From a virus (Duplodnaviria; Caudoviricetes): DNA of 55,573 nucleotides. A program made the position numbers and the translations under genes. Below are positions 34,264 to 44,500 of this stretch, one piece after another. Under the pieces are notes generated by a model that was not told where the DNA came from, did not search any database, and saw nothing but the letters and a program-made list of their open reading frames with translations. How positions within the stretch are numbered: the stretch's first letter is position 1; each line of letters begins with the position of its first letter. The stretch spans positions 1 through 55,573 of IMG/VR virus record IMGVR_UViG_3300046000_004360, one strand, 5' to 3'.

Positions 34264-35806
34264 AAACAAAGCACTTCTCATTAATGTCAGAGATCCGGGA
34301 AAGTACACATCGCTTATTGGGACTAGCAAGTATGTGCGGCAAGTATCGGATGACCTGCATGAGGTGCTGGTTAAGTGGGATTATGACAATGTAGCTACAT
34401 TAACTGCGCTTGGGGTTCATAAGGTACCGTCGACTATATACAAGGACTACGCTTGGAGTGGCAGGTTTACTCCGATGATACACCAGAAGGATACGGCTTC
34501 GTTTATTGTGGCTAATCCTAAGTGTTTTGTGTTTAGCGAGATGGGTGTGGGTAAGACAGCAAGTACGGCATGGGCGGTTGATTATCTTTTGCGGCATAAG
34601 AAGGTGAAACGGGTACTGATTGTGTGCCCCCTGTCTATTATGAAGGCAGCATGGCAGAAAGATCTATTCTCTGTGTTGCCCCACAGGTCGGTAGGGATTG
34701 CACATGGTTCAGTTAAGACGCGGAGATGTATTATTCGTGGTAAGTATGAGTTAGTGATTATTAATTATGATGGCATACTGACGGTACTACCCGAACTACT
34801 GGAGGCGGGGTTTGACTTTATTGTAGCAGACGAAGCAACAGCGTTAAAAAATATCGGGACGGACAGATGGAAGGCATTTAATAAGTTAGCTGTGGTAAGT
34901 CCTAGGTTAGCCCTACTGACAGGAACTCCCGCCGCGCAGTCACCAGAAGATGCGTATGGGTTAGCTAAGTTAGTTTGTCCTGACAGGGTGCCTAGGTTTT
35001 TTGGGGCGTGGCGTGATACCGTGATGCAGAAGTTATCTATGTTTAGGTATATACCAAAGCCTAACGCAAACGAGATAGTTTTCGCGGCGCTACAACCAGC
35101 GATACGCTACACAAAGGCTGAATGCTTAGACCTGCCAGATATGATGTACGAAACGCGGGACGTGCCTATGACCCCACAGCAGGAGAAGTATTACAATATG
35201 CTGAAGAAACAGATGCTTATTACTGCGGCGGGGGAAACAATCACTGCGGTTAACGCTGCGGTACAGATGACACGGCTCTTGCAAATTAGTTGCGGCGCGT
35301 GTTACAGTGATGATGGGGCGCCTATATATTTCGATATAACAAATAGGTTGACGGAATTAGAGAATGTTATTGACGAGAGCCTACAAAAGGTGATAGTATT
35401 TGTACCCTACACTCACACAATAGAAGTTATTGAGGCATATTTACAGAAGAAAAAAATAGCTTGTGCGGTCATTAATGGCAAGGTATCAGCGACAAAACGC
35501 GCAGCAATTATTGACAGTTTCCAAGAAAGTGATACACTAAGAGTAGTGATTATCCAACCGAAAGCTGCGGCACATGGGATTACTTTGACTGCGGCTAATA
35601 CGGTAGTGTGGTTCGGGCCAACGGCTAGTGTGGAAACGTACTTACAGGCTAACGCCCGCGCACACAGGAACGGACAGCAGCATAAAGTTACTGTTATAAT
35701 GATACAAGGCAGCCCAGCGGAGGAAAAGATGTATAAAATGTTAAATGCGAAGGTAGACCACCACATGAAGTTGATTGACTTATATGATGAGGTGTTACAT
35801 GAATAG
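34250..35806 (+). CDS. SNF2-family (SF2) helicase
   Basis: EMGVGKT, DEAT, LTGTP, GITLTAA, QANARAHRNGQ. Confidence 0.92.
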   Translation: MEIIENKALLINVRDPGKYTSLIGTSKYVRQVSDDLHEVLVKWDYDNVATLTALGVHKVPSTIYKDYAWSGRFTPMIHQKDTASFIVANPKCFVFSEMGVGKTASTAWAVDYLLRHKKVKRVLIVCPLSIMKAAWQKDLFSVLPHRSVGIAHGSVKTRRCIIRGKYELVIINYDGILTVLPELLEAGFDFIVADEATALKNIGTDRWKAFNKLAVVSPRLALLTGTPAAQSPEDAYGLAKLVCPDRVPRFFGAWRDTVMQKLSMFRYIPKPNANEIVFAALQPAIRYTKAECLDLPDMMYETRDVPMTPQQEKYYNMLKKQMLITAAGETITAVNAAVQMTRLLQISCGACYSDDGAPIYFDITNRLTELENVIDESLQKVIVFVPYTHTIEVIEAYLQKKKIACAVINGKVSATKRAAIIDSFQESDTLRVVIIQPKAAAHGITLTAANTVVWFGPTASVETYLQANARAHRNGQQHKVTVIMIQGSPAEEKMYKMLNAKVDHHMKLIDLYDEVLHE

Positions 35807-36206
35807 TGAAACGGAGTATAATTTAGAGCAGTTGGTTATGGTAGATAAAAAGATGGGGGTGAAGATCGATGAGCTAGAAGAGGAAGTAAAAACGATAGCG
35901 GAAAAAAGGAAGCAGGTGCGAGAAGCAATAGGCGATTTGATGAAGGAGCAGGGAGTAGAGTCAAGCCGTACTAAGTATGGTACGGTGACTAGAGGTGTTA
36001 CTGAGAGGTATTGGACAGGAGATTGGATCGCGCTGCACCAGTATATCGCAGACCACGGAGCGTTAGAGTTGCTAGAAAAGCGGGTATCACAGACTAACAT
36101 GAAGGAATGGATATTAACCCATCCAGATGACTTCCCTCCCGGCTTGAACTTGTCGAGAGAATATACAATTAAAATTACTAAACCAAGAAAGACTACAGGA
36201 GAATAA
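35799..36206 (+). CDS. Conserved replication-module coiled-coil protein
   Basis: RT.YGTV...DW......I....LELLEKRV.Q...PPGL. Confidence 0.7.
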   Translation: MNSETEYNLEQLVMVDKKMGVKIDELEEEVKTIAEKRKQVREAIGDLMKEQGVESSRTKYGTVTRGVTERYWTGDWIALHQYIADHGALELLEKRVSQTNMKEWILTHPDDFPPGLNLSREYTIKITKPRKTTGE

Positions 36207-36209
36207 ATT

Positions 36210-37085
36210 ATGAGCAACGACATTACATTGTTTGACGGTAACACAGCAGTACCAGCACACATCGCAGCAAGGGCAGCAAGCGCAGCAACACTTGCTTTGG
36301 CAGGTAAAGGGGCATCAAGTAAGCGTATATCAATCGAAGGCGGTACGTTCAGGATGATTGTCGATGGTAAGGAAATTGCCAAGACTAAAGCTAGGGATAT
36401 GAACATCGTTATTGTTCGCCCTGCCCCTGCCACCAGTCGCGCTTATTATGACCCAACAGTAGTATACCAACGGGGGGTTGCGGTAGCGCCACTATGTACT
36501 TCTCTAAGCGGCGATAAACCAGACGCGCAGAGCGAGGAACCCCAAGCCTCTAAATGCCAAGAGTGCCCACAGAATATCGCGGGGTCGGGTAAAAACAACT
36601 CGAGGGCGTGTCGGTTCTTTAGGCGGTTGGCGGTGGTGCAAGAGAGTGATATGGAGGGGGCGGTGTATCAGCTTAATATCCCTGCGACTTCCCTGTTCGG
36701 GGATGGGGTTAATGGGCAACAGCTACCACTGGAAGCCTACGCTAAGATGCTGAAGTCCAATAATGTAAACGTGGATGATGTTGTGACTAACATGGAGTTC
36801 GATACGGATGCCGCGACACCAAAGCTGACGTTCTCGGCTAATAGGTTCCTGACCCCCCAAGAGCTGGTAGTTATCACAGAGCAGGGAGACACTAAAGAAG
36901 CACGACAAGCTACGGGAGAAATTGCATATGGTGCAGAAAGTACGCAACAAAAGAAACTCGCTCCTGTGGTGGAGCAGAGGGCAGTGGAAGAAACCCCTGT
37001 TGCAGAGCCTACCAAGAAGCCTAAAGTGGTTGAACGAGACACCAAAAAAATCAATTCCGTAATTGATGAGTGGGAAAATATGTAA
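36210..37085 (+). CDS. Putative ssDNA-binding/annealing protein with a Zn site
   Basis: RISI.GG.F; C..CPQN..GS...RAC...RRLAV; L.IPATSLF; C-terminal IDEW. Confidence 0.55.
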   Translation: MSNDITLFDGNTAVPAHIAARAASAATLALAGKGASSKRISIEGGTFRMIVDGKEIAKTKARDMNIVIVRPAPATSRAYYDPTVVYQRGVAVAPLCTSLSGDKPDAQSEEPQASKCQECPQNIAGSGKNNSRACRFFRRLAVVQESDMEGAVYQLNIPATSLFGDGVNGQQLPLEAYAKMLKSNNVNVDDVVTNMEFDTDAATPKLTFSANRFLTPQELVVITEQGDTKEARQATGEIAYGAESTQQKKLAPVVEQRAVEETPVAEPTKKPKVVERDTKKINSVIDEWENM

Positions 37086-37102
37086 GTATTGGGGTTTACG
37101 CG

Positions 37103-37132
37103 CCCCCATCATATTGGTGGGGGTTTTATTTT
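37103..37132 (+). terminator. Rho-independent terminator
   Basis: CCCCCATCA-TAT-TGGTGGGGG followed by TTTTATTTT. Confidence 0.75.
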
Positions 37133-37147
37133 CTTGGGGGTAAACAG

Positions 37148-37342
37148 ATGAGCAACGAAGATTACGGGAACGACCAAGCCGGGTTAGTGGAGGAAATCGA
37201 GGAACAGCTCGACGAACTGGCCTCATACGGATATGTGTTTACTGAGGCGGAACAAGCAGCGGTTATCCGCTACCTCTGTGTGCTAGATGAGTGTGGGATG
37301 ATGGAAGAATACGAAGAAAACCAACAGGATATGATTGACTGA
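37148..37342 (+). CDS. Small acidic protein
   Basis: MSNEDYG..., GGGGG RBS; Glu-rich. Confidence 0.6.
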   Translation: MSNEDYGNDQAGLVEEIEEQLDELASYGYVFTEAEQAAVIRYLCVLDECGMMEEYEENQQDMID

Positions 37343-40175
37343 TATGGATACGCTAATTAAAAGCGTGGTGCCACAGCAGGGGGTGTATTGCCTTAACACA
37401 ATACTAGAGGGTTCGGTACACCAGACTTTCCACGATACCCCAGATGAGCTAGTTACTGAAGGTGTGATAGCATCTTTATCTGGAAGAAACGCCTATTATG
37501 CAATGGCTTCGTTTAAGGATAGTTCTTCTCGCGGGCAGCAGAACGTGCGGGCAGTTAAGTCTTTCTGGCTTGATGTGGACTGCAAGGATATGCTACCTAA
37601 TAAGGACTATGCCAATAAGGATGAAGGCAAGCAAGCTATAATAGACTTCGTTAAAGCGCAAAAGTTCCCTCGGCCTACTATTGTCGACTCGGGTAACGGC
37701 TGGCATGTGTACTGGATATTGGAAGAAGAAGTGACCCCGGAGTTGTGGCAACCCCTCGCAGATAAACTAAAGACCGTATGCCTCAAGACAGGATTACGGA
37801 TAGACCCAGCGTGTACGGCTGACAGCGCGAGGATACTGCGCATACCAGATACCTATAACTACCGTTTTAACCCACCATCTAAGGTGGAACTAATCAGACA
37901 TAGCCCTGTAGTAAGTTTCAGTGAGTTTAGTAGCGTAGTCGAGGCAGCATACGAGCCGTTTCGCGCTTTACAGAACCCCCATAAACGCGGGGTAAGCGCC
38001 GCAACTCAAGCCCTATTGGGGAACACCGAATCTAGTTTCAAGAAGATTTTAGTGCGTAGCACTGCAGGCACAGGATGTGAGCAGATATTGTTAGGGGTGC
38101 AGAATCAAGCAGAGATTGAAGAGCCTTTATGGAGGGGGATGCTCTCGATAGCACAGCAGTGTTCGGACAGGGAAAAGGCAATACCGTTTGTATCTAACAA
38201 ACACCCTGAATATGATATGGATGAGTCGTTCAAGAAGGCAGAGCAAACTAAAGGACCCTACACTTGTGCCACATTAGATAGTATTAACGCAGGGGTATGT
38301 AGTTCATGCACTCATTGGGGGCGCATTACAAGCCCCATACAGCTCGGCAAAGAGATTATAGCTATCAAAGCCCCAATAACGGTAAACATCGCGCCTGAAG
38401 TGGTTGTGGAGCCTGTGGATGACGCCGTAGAAACAACACCAGACCAGAACCTAGAGGCCTACGAACAGGAAGAACTGAAGGTAGTAATACCCGTGCCTCC
38501 TGCACCATATTCACGCGGGGTACATGGGGGTATTTATAAACGAACTAAATGCGAAGATGGCACTTTTGATGACGTACTAATTTATGAGAATGATTTTTAT
38601 GCCCATGCGAGATTATATGACCCGGCTGACGGGCAAGTTCTGGCTTGTAGACTACATCTACCCCTTGATGGCGTTAGAAACTTTAATATCCCGCTACAGT
38701 CAGTAGGCTCCAAGGATAGGTTAAGAGATGTTATTTGTAAGCAGGGGGTTGCGGCGTCAGATAAAACTGTGGTAGAATTAAGCAACTACTTAATATTGAT
38801 GGCGAAGGAGCTACAGAGGATGAGCAAAGAAGAGCAGGCACGGACGCAGATGGGGTGGCAAGATGATGATAGCTTTGTGATAGGCGCTAGGGAATACTCT
38901 AAGGATGGAATAAGGCACTGCCCCCCATCAAATGCGACTACTAATTACCAACACATGTTCAGGATGGAAGGCGACATAAAAGAATGGAGAAAAGTAATTG
39001 ACATATATAAACTGCCGGGGTTTGACATACATCAGTTTATATTCTTTACCGCGCTAAGTTCGCCGTTCTTGAAGCATATTGAAGTTGAGGGCATGATGAC
39101 CTCCATGATTTCCGATGAGTCTGGGATTGGTAAGACTACGCTATGTATGGCATGTAATAGTATTTGGGGGCACCCTAAAGAAATGATGAGTATGCCGCAT
39201 GATACTGTTGCCGCGCTTATTAATCGGATGGGGGTATTTCATAGTATGGCGGTAGTAGTAGATGAGCTTACCAATAAAGAAGCGAAGCCCTGCAGTGACA
39301 TTCTGTATATGGCTACCCACGGCAAAGGCCCCGCTAGAATGACAAGTGGCGCTAATGTGGAACGAGTGAATAATACAACATGGAACCTAAACGTACTCAC
39401 AACGGCTAACGCATCAATCCGTGATAAGGTTTCCGCATATAAGGCATCAGCAGAGGGGGAGAACATGCGCCTGTTCGAGTTTGATATGCGCGGAACTCCG
39501 GTAATCCCCAAGGCAGAAGCGGATGCTGTGTTCTCGAAGATGAACGATAACTATGGGGTAGCGGGGCATATATTCACATCATGGCTGGTTAAGAATGTTA
39601 AAGATATTAAAAGGATAGTATTACAGACACAAGCCATCATGGATAAACGGTTTGCCTTCACTAGCAAGGAGCGTAAATGGTCATCCTGTGTAGCTGCTGC
39701 ATATACAGTAGCGTATATTGCCAAGAGTTTAGGACTCCATGACTTTGATATAGAGCGTAATATTCTGTTCATGGTTGCCTACGTGCAACGGATGCGTGGG
39801 GAAGTCAAAGAAGGGGTTACGCAGCACTGCGACTTGATCGCTAATTTCATGGGGGAGAATCACAGCAGTATCTTGATAATCAACGGATACCCCGACCCAA
39901 AAACAGGGCTGTTTGATGCCCCGCGCAACAAGAATATTAATAAAATCATAGGCAGATACGAGCCAGATACAGGTAAGTTAAGCCTATCCGCAGCGGTATT
40001 AAGGGAATACTGTGCCAAAAAACAGTACTCGTTTAGCAGCTTGACTGCACTATCTGGCGGTAAAATAGAGTCTCGCAGGCTGGCGGTAGGTACGGGTATT
40101 GTAGCAGCATCAGTCAGGGTTATTACCTTCGATACCAAGATGGCTGGGCTTGATATGTCTATGTGGGAGGATTGA
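37335..40175 (+). CDS. Primase-helicase (AEP/RepB-like primase, Cys-rich linker, DUF927/Cch-like helicase)
   Basis: WLDVDC, DSGNGWHVYW, ARILRIP; C...C..C.H; Walker A SGIGKTT, Walker B VVDE. Confidence 0.85.
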   Translation: MTDMDTLIKSVVPQQGVYCLNTILEGSVHQTFHDTPDELVTEGVIASLSGRNAYYAMASFKDSSSRGQQNVRAVKSFWLDVDCKDMLPNKDYANKDEGKQAIIDFVKAQKFPRPTIVDSGNGWHVYWILEEEVTPELWQPLADKLKTVCLKTGLRIDPACTADSARILRIPDTYNYRFNPPSKVELIRHSPVVSFSEFSSVVEAAYEPFRALQNPHKRGVSAATQALLGNTESSFKKILVRSTAGTGCEQILLGVQNQAEIEEPLWRGMLSIAQQCSDREKAIPFVSNKHPEYDMDESFKKAEQTKGPYTCATLDSINAGVCSSCTHWGRITSPIQLGKEIIAIKAPITVNIAPEVVVEPVDDAVETTPDQNLEAYEQEELKVVIPVPPAPYSRGVHGGIYKRTKCEDGTFDDVLIYENDFYAHARLYDPADGQVLACRLHLPLDGVRNFNIPLQSVGSKDRLRDVICKQGVAASDKTVVELSNYLILMAKELQRMSKEEQARTQMGWQDDDSFVIGAREYSKDGIRHCPPSNATTNYQHMFRMEGDIKEWRKVIDIYKLPGFDIHQFIFFTALSSPFLKHIEVEGMMTSMISDESGIGKTTLCMACNSIWGHPKEMMSMPHDTVAALINRMGVFHSMAVVVDELTNKEAKPCSDILYMATHGKGPARMTSGANVERVNNTTWNLNVLTTANASIRDKVSAYKASAEGENMRLFEFDMRGTPVIPKAEADAVFSKMNDNYGVAGHIFTSWLVKNVKDIKRIVLQTQAIMDKRFAFTSKERKWSSCVAAAYTVAYIAKSLGLHDFDIERNILFMVAYVQRMRGEVKEGVTQHCDLIANFMGENHSSILIINGYPDPKTGLFDAPRNKNINKIIGRYEPDTGKLSLSAAVLREYCAKKQYSFSSLTALSGGKIESRRLAVGTGIVAASVRVITFDTKMAGLDMSMWED

Positions 40176-40360
40176 TGAGGGAGAGGTTACTGCGCTGGGT
40201 GCTTGAAAATGGCGAGGGGTATGGGCATTATAGCCCTTATGGGCCTTATGGGGGGGATACGCACTACGGAGACCTACTAGAGCATAGTTATATAATATGG
40301 AAGGAACGTTTGGGGTACAAAATAACCCCGGCTGGACTGGAGTACCTGAAAAATGCGTGA
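40175..40360 (+). CDS. Small winged-helix-like protein, paralogue D
   Basis: MRERLLRWVLENG...LLEHSYI...YKITPAGLEYLKNA; TGATG coupling to the primase gene. Confidence 0.7.
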   Translation: MRERLLRWVLENGEGYGHYSPYGPYGGDTHYGDLLEHSYIIWKERLGYKITPAGLEYLKNA

Positions 40361-40550
40361 GACACTGATGAAACTGCTACTGGAGCACGGGGATAGGGAG
40401 TTTGATTATAAGCTGTTACAGCCTATACCTTGGTTTAAATTAATTGACTCGGGGTATTTAGTCCGGCATGGGGTTAGGCCCAACCCCCCAATAACTATGC
40501 TAAAAATAACCCCCGCTGGACTGGAGTACCTGAAATCCGATGCTGATTGA
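40353..40550 (+). CDS. Small winged-helix-like protein, paralogue E
   Basis: MRETLMKLLLEHGDR...LIDSGYL...KITPAGLEYLK. Confidence 0.75.
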   Translation: MRETLMKLLLEHGDREFDYKLLQPIPWFKLIDSGYLVRHGVRPNPPITMLKITPAGLEYLKSDAD

Positions 40551-40746
40551 GTTGCCTGATGGGGGGCATATTGACATACCGATTGAGCATATGATAGTTA
40601 AGGACAGCATATTTATTCCCACGCTGGAGGCGGGCAAGGCCAAGAAGTTAATAAATAAAGTGTCAGATGAGTTAGAAATACAGACAAAATGTAAACAAGT
40701 AGTGTATAATGGGTATTTAGGGGTAATAATTTGGAGAGTCGCATGA
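40540..40746 (+). CDS. Conserved small protein (possibly DNA-binding)
   Basis: DSIFIP...G.LG.IIWRV motif. Confidence 0.65.
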   Translation: MLIELPDGGHIDIPIEHMIVKDSIFIPTLEAGKAKKLINKVSDELEIQTKCKQVVYNGYLGVIIWRVA

Positions 40747-41108
40747 ATATAGACAAAGCCGTGGCAGCGATAGAAGCCATTATATCCCCACCAGATGAGA
40801 CCCCGGTGCTACCCACGAATATTTATTCTATACTGAACGCAATTAGGCGCGGTTTATATACCAATATAGATGAAAATAAGCCAGAGCATAGGCTGGCTGT
40901 AGGGGTCATTATGCAGGCCATCTCGGATTACTGCAACGGCGATGCGTATATACCTACCCCAATATATAAGCGGAAAGAGGCATATATATCAGGCACTCAG
41001 TTCTTAACGGGGGAAGGGTTGAGGTACTGGGCAGCGGTGGCGGGGCTATCCCACGAAGACATATATAGGGCGGCGGCTAAGACTAAGGAGTACCTGAAAA
41101 ATGCGTGA
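40743..41108 (+). CDS. Hypothetical protein ending in the EYLKNA junction
   Basis: PEHRLA..VI.QA..D...FL......WA..AGL motif. Confidence 0.65.
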   Translation: MNIDKAVAAIEAIISPPDETPVLPTNIYSILNAIRRGLYTNIDENKPEHRLAVGVIMQAISDYCNGDAYIPTPIYKRKEAYISGTQFLTGEGLRYWAAVAGLSHEDIYRAAAKTKEYLKNA

Positions 41109-41317
41109 CTTATTGTTGAAGCTGCTACTGGAGCACGGGGATAGGGAGTTTGAGTGGCCCCACTGGCACCAAGATGAGTATTTTTCTATGATTCGTGCGG
41201 GTTATTTAGGCCTTGGAGAACTAGAAAAATATAACATAACCCCACAAGGACTGGAGTACCTGAAAAATGCGTGACTTATTGTTGAAGCTGCTACTGGAGC
41301 ATGGGGATAGGGGGTTT
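41087..41317 (+). repeat. About 65-nt direct repeat spanning the gene junctions before paralogues F and G
   Basis: GGAGTACCTGAAAAATGCGTGACTTATTGTTGAAGCTGCTACTGGAGCAYGGGGATAGGGRGTTT at 41087 and 41253; shorter copies at 23647, 40339 and 40523. Confidence 0.9.
41101..41274 (+). CDS. Small winged-helix-like protein, paralogue F (57 aa, not in ORF track)
   Basis: MRDLLLKLLLEHGDREFEWPHWHQDEYFSMIRAGYLGLGELEKYNITPQGLEYLKNA. Confidence 0.75.
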   Translation: MRDLLLKLLLEHGDREFEWPHWHQDEYFSMIRAGYLGLGELEKYNITPQGLEYLKNA

Positions 41318-41479
41318 ATTGGAGTTAGGCAGCGTGGGGGGTTAGGGCTGCTATGGAAAGCAGGGTTAATTAGTATTGATAGTGAGGCGGTGCCACCCGC
41401 AAACTTTGAAATATCCCCCATGACATTCAAAATATCCCCAAAAGGACTAGAATATCTCAAAAACATTGACAATCCGTGA
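41267..41479 (+). CDS. Small winged-helix-like protein, paralogue G
   Basis: MRDLLLKLLLEHGDR...LWKAGLI...FKISPKGLEYLKN. Confidence 0.75.
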   Translation: MRDLLLKLLLEHGDRGFIGVRQRGGLGLLWKAGLISIDSEAVPPANFEISPMTFKISPKGLEYLKNIDNP

Positions 41480-41494
41480 TTTATAAGCTATTCT
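41466..41494 (+). promoter_or_regulatory. Sigma70-like promoter reading into the convergent terminator
   Basis: TTGACA-N17-TATTCT. Confidence 0.5.
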
Positions 41495-41524
41495 ATCCAT
41501 GCAACATTCTCTGTAAGTCTTTTT

Positions 41525-41554
41525 ACCCCCGTGCAATGCGGGGGTTTGTTATTT
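41525..41554 (+). terminator. Terminator hairpin where the two arms converge
   Basis: ACCCCCG...CGGGGGT followed by TTGTTATTT. Confidence 0.7.
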
Positions 41555-44500
41555 GCCTAGTTCTTTTCTTATCGCTGGTAGTTCTTTTTCCAGTATCTTA
41601 TTAGCCATCGCATCTAGCCTGCTGATTTCCGCTCTTGCGGTTGCCGGGTTCTCCCGTACCGCAGCTTTCTTAGCTTCTCGCATTTCATTCAACAGCGAGG
41701 TCATATCTTTCAGGCTGTCATGCACCCTAAGCAGTGGGAGATTCGCTTTTTGATACGCTTCAGCTTTTTCTGGGTGGTGTTTCTCTAGGTCAGCTAAGGT
41801 ATTCCACGCCCTATTGGATTCGTCTGCCAGATCATACAGGTCAGATACACGAGCATTGCCTTCCTTATCGTAAAATATCCCGCCAACTAGGGGCAGACGG
41901 TTCGCTTTTTGCGCAGGTTTGTCACCTACTAACATATCTACGGTGTACAAGGCGTCGCGCCCCACGCTACCGAACCACCCCTTGATGAGGTTGTCTATCT
42001 TTATCGGACTCATGTTGGCTGTGTTACCGCCCAACTTCTGTAACTCATCGCTTATAGCTTTGGAGAACTCGCTAGTACTGTCACCAAACTGCATGTTAAC
42101 ATCTTTCTGTTGCAGCGTGTACCCAACTAACGGCTTCCCAGTAAGGGTAGAGTGATTAAATGCGTTTTCTACCAGTGGCTTAATCGCCGTGGGGTTTATG
42201 TCACTTGGGCCAACGAGCAGATTTTTAGCGGCGTTGCTCACAGCTTGAGCAAACTTCCCTTTGGTTTCGTTAATGTTACCTGCCATCATCCGGTAGCTTT
42301 TCTCTATGGCTATTTTCAGTGGTAGAAACTCAGGCGTAGCGGGTATTTTTACTCCCCCCAACAAAAAGTTATTGTTCGCGGTATTCTCGTCTGCACGTTC
42401 CCGGTCATCACTGCCCGAGGTAGCCATAGTGTACATCATTGTGTACGCCGCAAACGTAAGTATCTTTTTCGCAACTAGCTTCTTAGCCTCAGCTTTAGTT
42501 ACCCCCGGAAGGCGCCCCTGCAGGGCCATAAGCACCCTATAATCCCCCTGAACCCGGCAATTTATGAACGGAGCAAGGGCCATAAGCACACTAACATGCT
42601 GCCCCTGACCGCGATTCTGGTAGTTGTACATCATAATAGCCCGGGCAGTAGCGTCGTTCTGCGTACCCCCATGATCCATAACGTCTTTGTACACGGCAAG
42701 GCGGTTGGATAAATCTTGCGCCCGTGCTATTCGCTCGGCCTTCTCAAACCACTTGGATATACCCGTGCGCGTCGCCCCACGGACTTCTTTGTTCCAGTTA
42801 TCATAAGTATCCTGATAATCAATAGCGCCTACTATACCTGCCGCACGGCCTTCTCTAGCAAGGGGGGATTCTCCACCAAAAGCGTTCTTGCGAAACTCCG
42901 GCAGGGAAGTTTTGGCTAACCCTAATACACCTGACGTAGTGCCCGCAGTGAAGGAAGCCCGTTGGGGGTCTTGTAGTAGCTGGTTATAGGTAAATGTAGG
43001 CATCAGGGTAATGCCTTTACGCAGCATACCTGTAGCTGTTCTGGCTATACGCACCGCTATATTGTTTACAACTGGAGCCGCATGGAATATTGCCGCGTCA
43101 TTCCTATTTAGAACTTTGAACCACTGCGACTGCCCCTGCTTGAGATATTCTACGTTGTTGCCCTGTTTGTCATCGCGGGGTATTTCAAACCCACCTTGCG
43201 TGTTATCATCTTTATTCATGCGCATCATATCATCAGCAACGAGATTAGCTGTATTATTAGCCATGCCGCGCTTAATCAAAAACACTTGATTATTAATGAT
43301 ATTTTCCATCACATCTTTTATTTCCAGCCCGCCAGCACCTTTGATATGATGCTCTTTTTTAGCTGATAGCAGCCCGCGCAAGTGCGCTCCTGTAGACTCA
43401 CCGGGGGGAATCTCACGATTGAACGGCACATACTCCATCCTGTCAAGGAACTCGCGGGCTTTCTTAGGGGTAAATAAGTTGGTATCAACCAAGAACTGCA
43501 TGGTCTTTTCCCTTATCTTCTGGTGCATATCCCGCCACGCCCGGAACTGTGCAGCATACTTAGCCTGCATCTTCTTACCATAAAGATACTCAGCGTTGGT
43601 AATGCCTGTATCTATGCCCATTGCCTCTAGCTCTTTATGTCGGTCTGCTATGAGCATATAATCAATGGACGTATCCGCTAAGGCATCTGACATCCCATCG
43701 GCCTTCATATCAGCGCGTATCTGTGTGGATATACCAGCCAAAGCCCTCATATTACTGGCAGCGGGTATTACATGCGCCACGCCTTCTTTGTCTAGTTGCG
43801 GGAACCCACGATTCACTGCCTCCATAGCGATGTTATCCGCCTGTAGGGTTCTATGTAGGTTTACAAACCCAACCTCTTTCCCAGTAAGGGGGTTCAGTCG
43901 CTCTCCAGTACCATACATCGTTCCGTGTTTGAGTGCGTGGGCTTCCCCAGCACCTACATTCTTCTGCGCTAAGTACCCCCAAAGGTCATTATCTGTTATC
44001 TCATTGAACCGAGCTTTAAGTTTAGCTATCACGCCCTCTTGTGTTAGTCGTTTTGGGAGGCGGATACCATTTTGCGCAGCGATAGCCTTATCTGCTGGTG
44101 ATGGAGGAATTTGTTTTTCAAATGAAAACTGCGCAGGGGCATCGGCTGTTGTCTTTTCCGCTGTGGGGGTTGTTTTGGTATCAGGCATTGCTTCTACCCG
44201 AGCGGCGCCCATGACTAAATCAACTATGTCTTTAGCTTTTAGTGTCTCTGGGGCGTAGCGGAGTTTGTGCAATGAATCAGTAATACCCGCCCAAAGATCA
44301 CGAAGCCAGCCGACAACTTTATCGAATTCTTTTGGTTGTGTTTCAAGCGGGTCAATCCCGTATTTATTAACGGCAATTTCTGTGAAATAGGCAACAACTT
44401 CTTGGTTATATCGGTCAGAGCCTACAGGCTCCCCAGACGCATTAGCTCGCGCTATAGCTTCTTTAGCTATAGTTATTTCAGCCTTTTCCTTACCAAACAT

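Noticed and set aside
41179-41216. 12-13 nt matches between the paralogue F core and the origin region (TTTTTCTATGAT, TTTAGGCCTTGG)
   Set aside because: Short and partly AT-rich; matches of this length are expected by chance in 55 kb.
40175-41479. Diversity-generating retroelement or CRISPR array as the explanation for the repeat/variable pattern
   Set aside because: No reverse transcriptase or cas operon in the window; differences are not adenine-specific; the repeats are coding, and the variable parts differ in length and keep the reading frame.
15792-41479. Lysogeny module or phage RNA polymerase
   Set aside because: No integrase, CI-like repressor, ParA or RNAP motifs recognised; lifestyle cannot be settled from this window.
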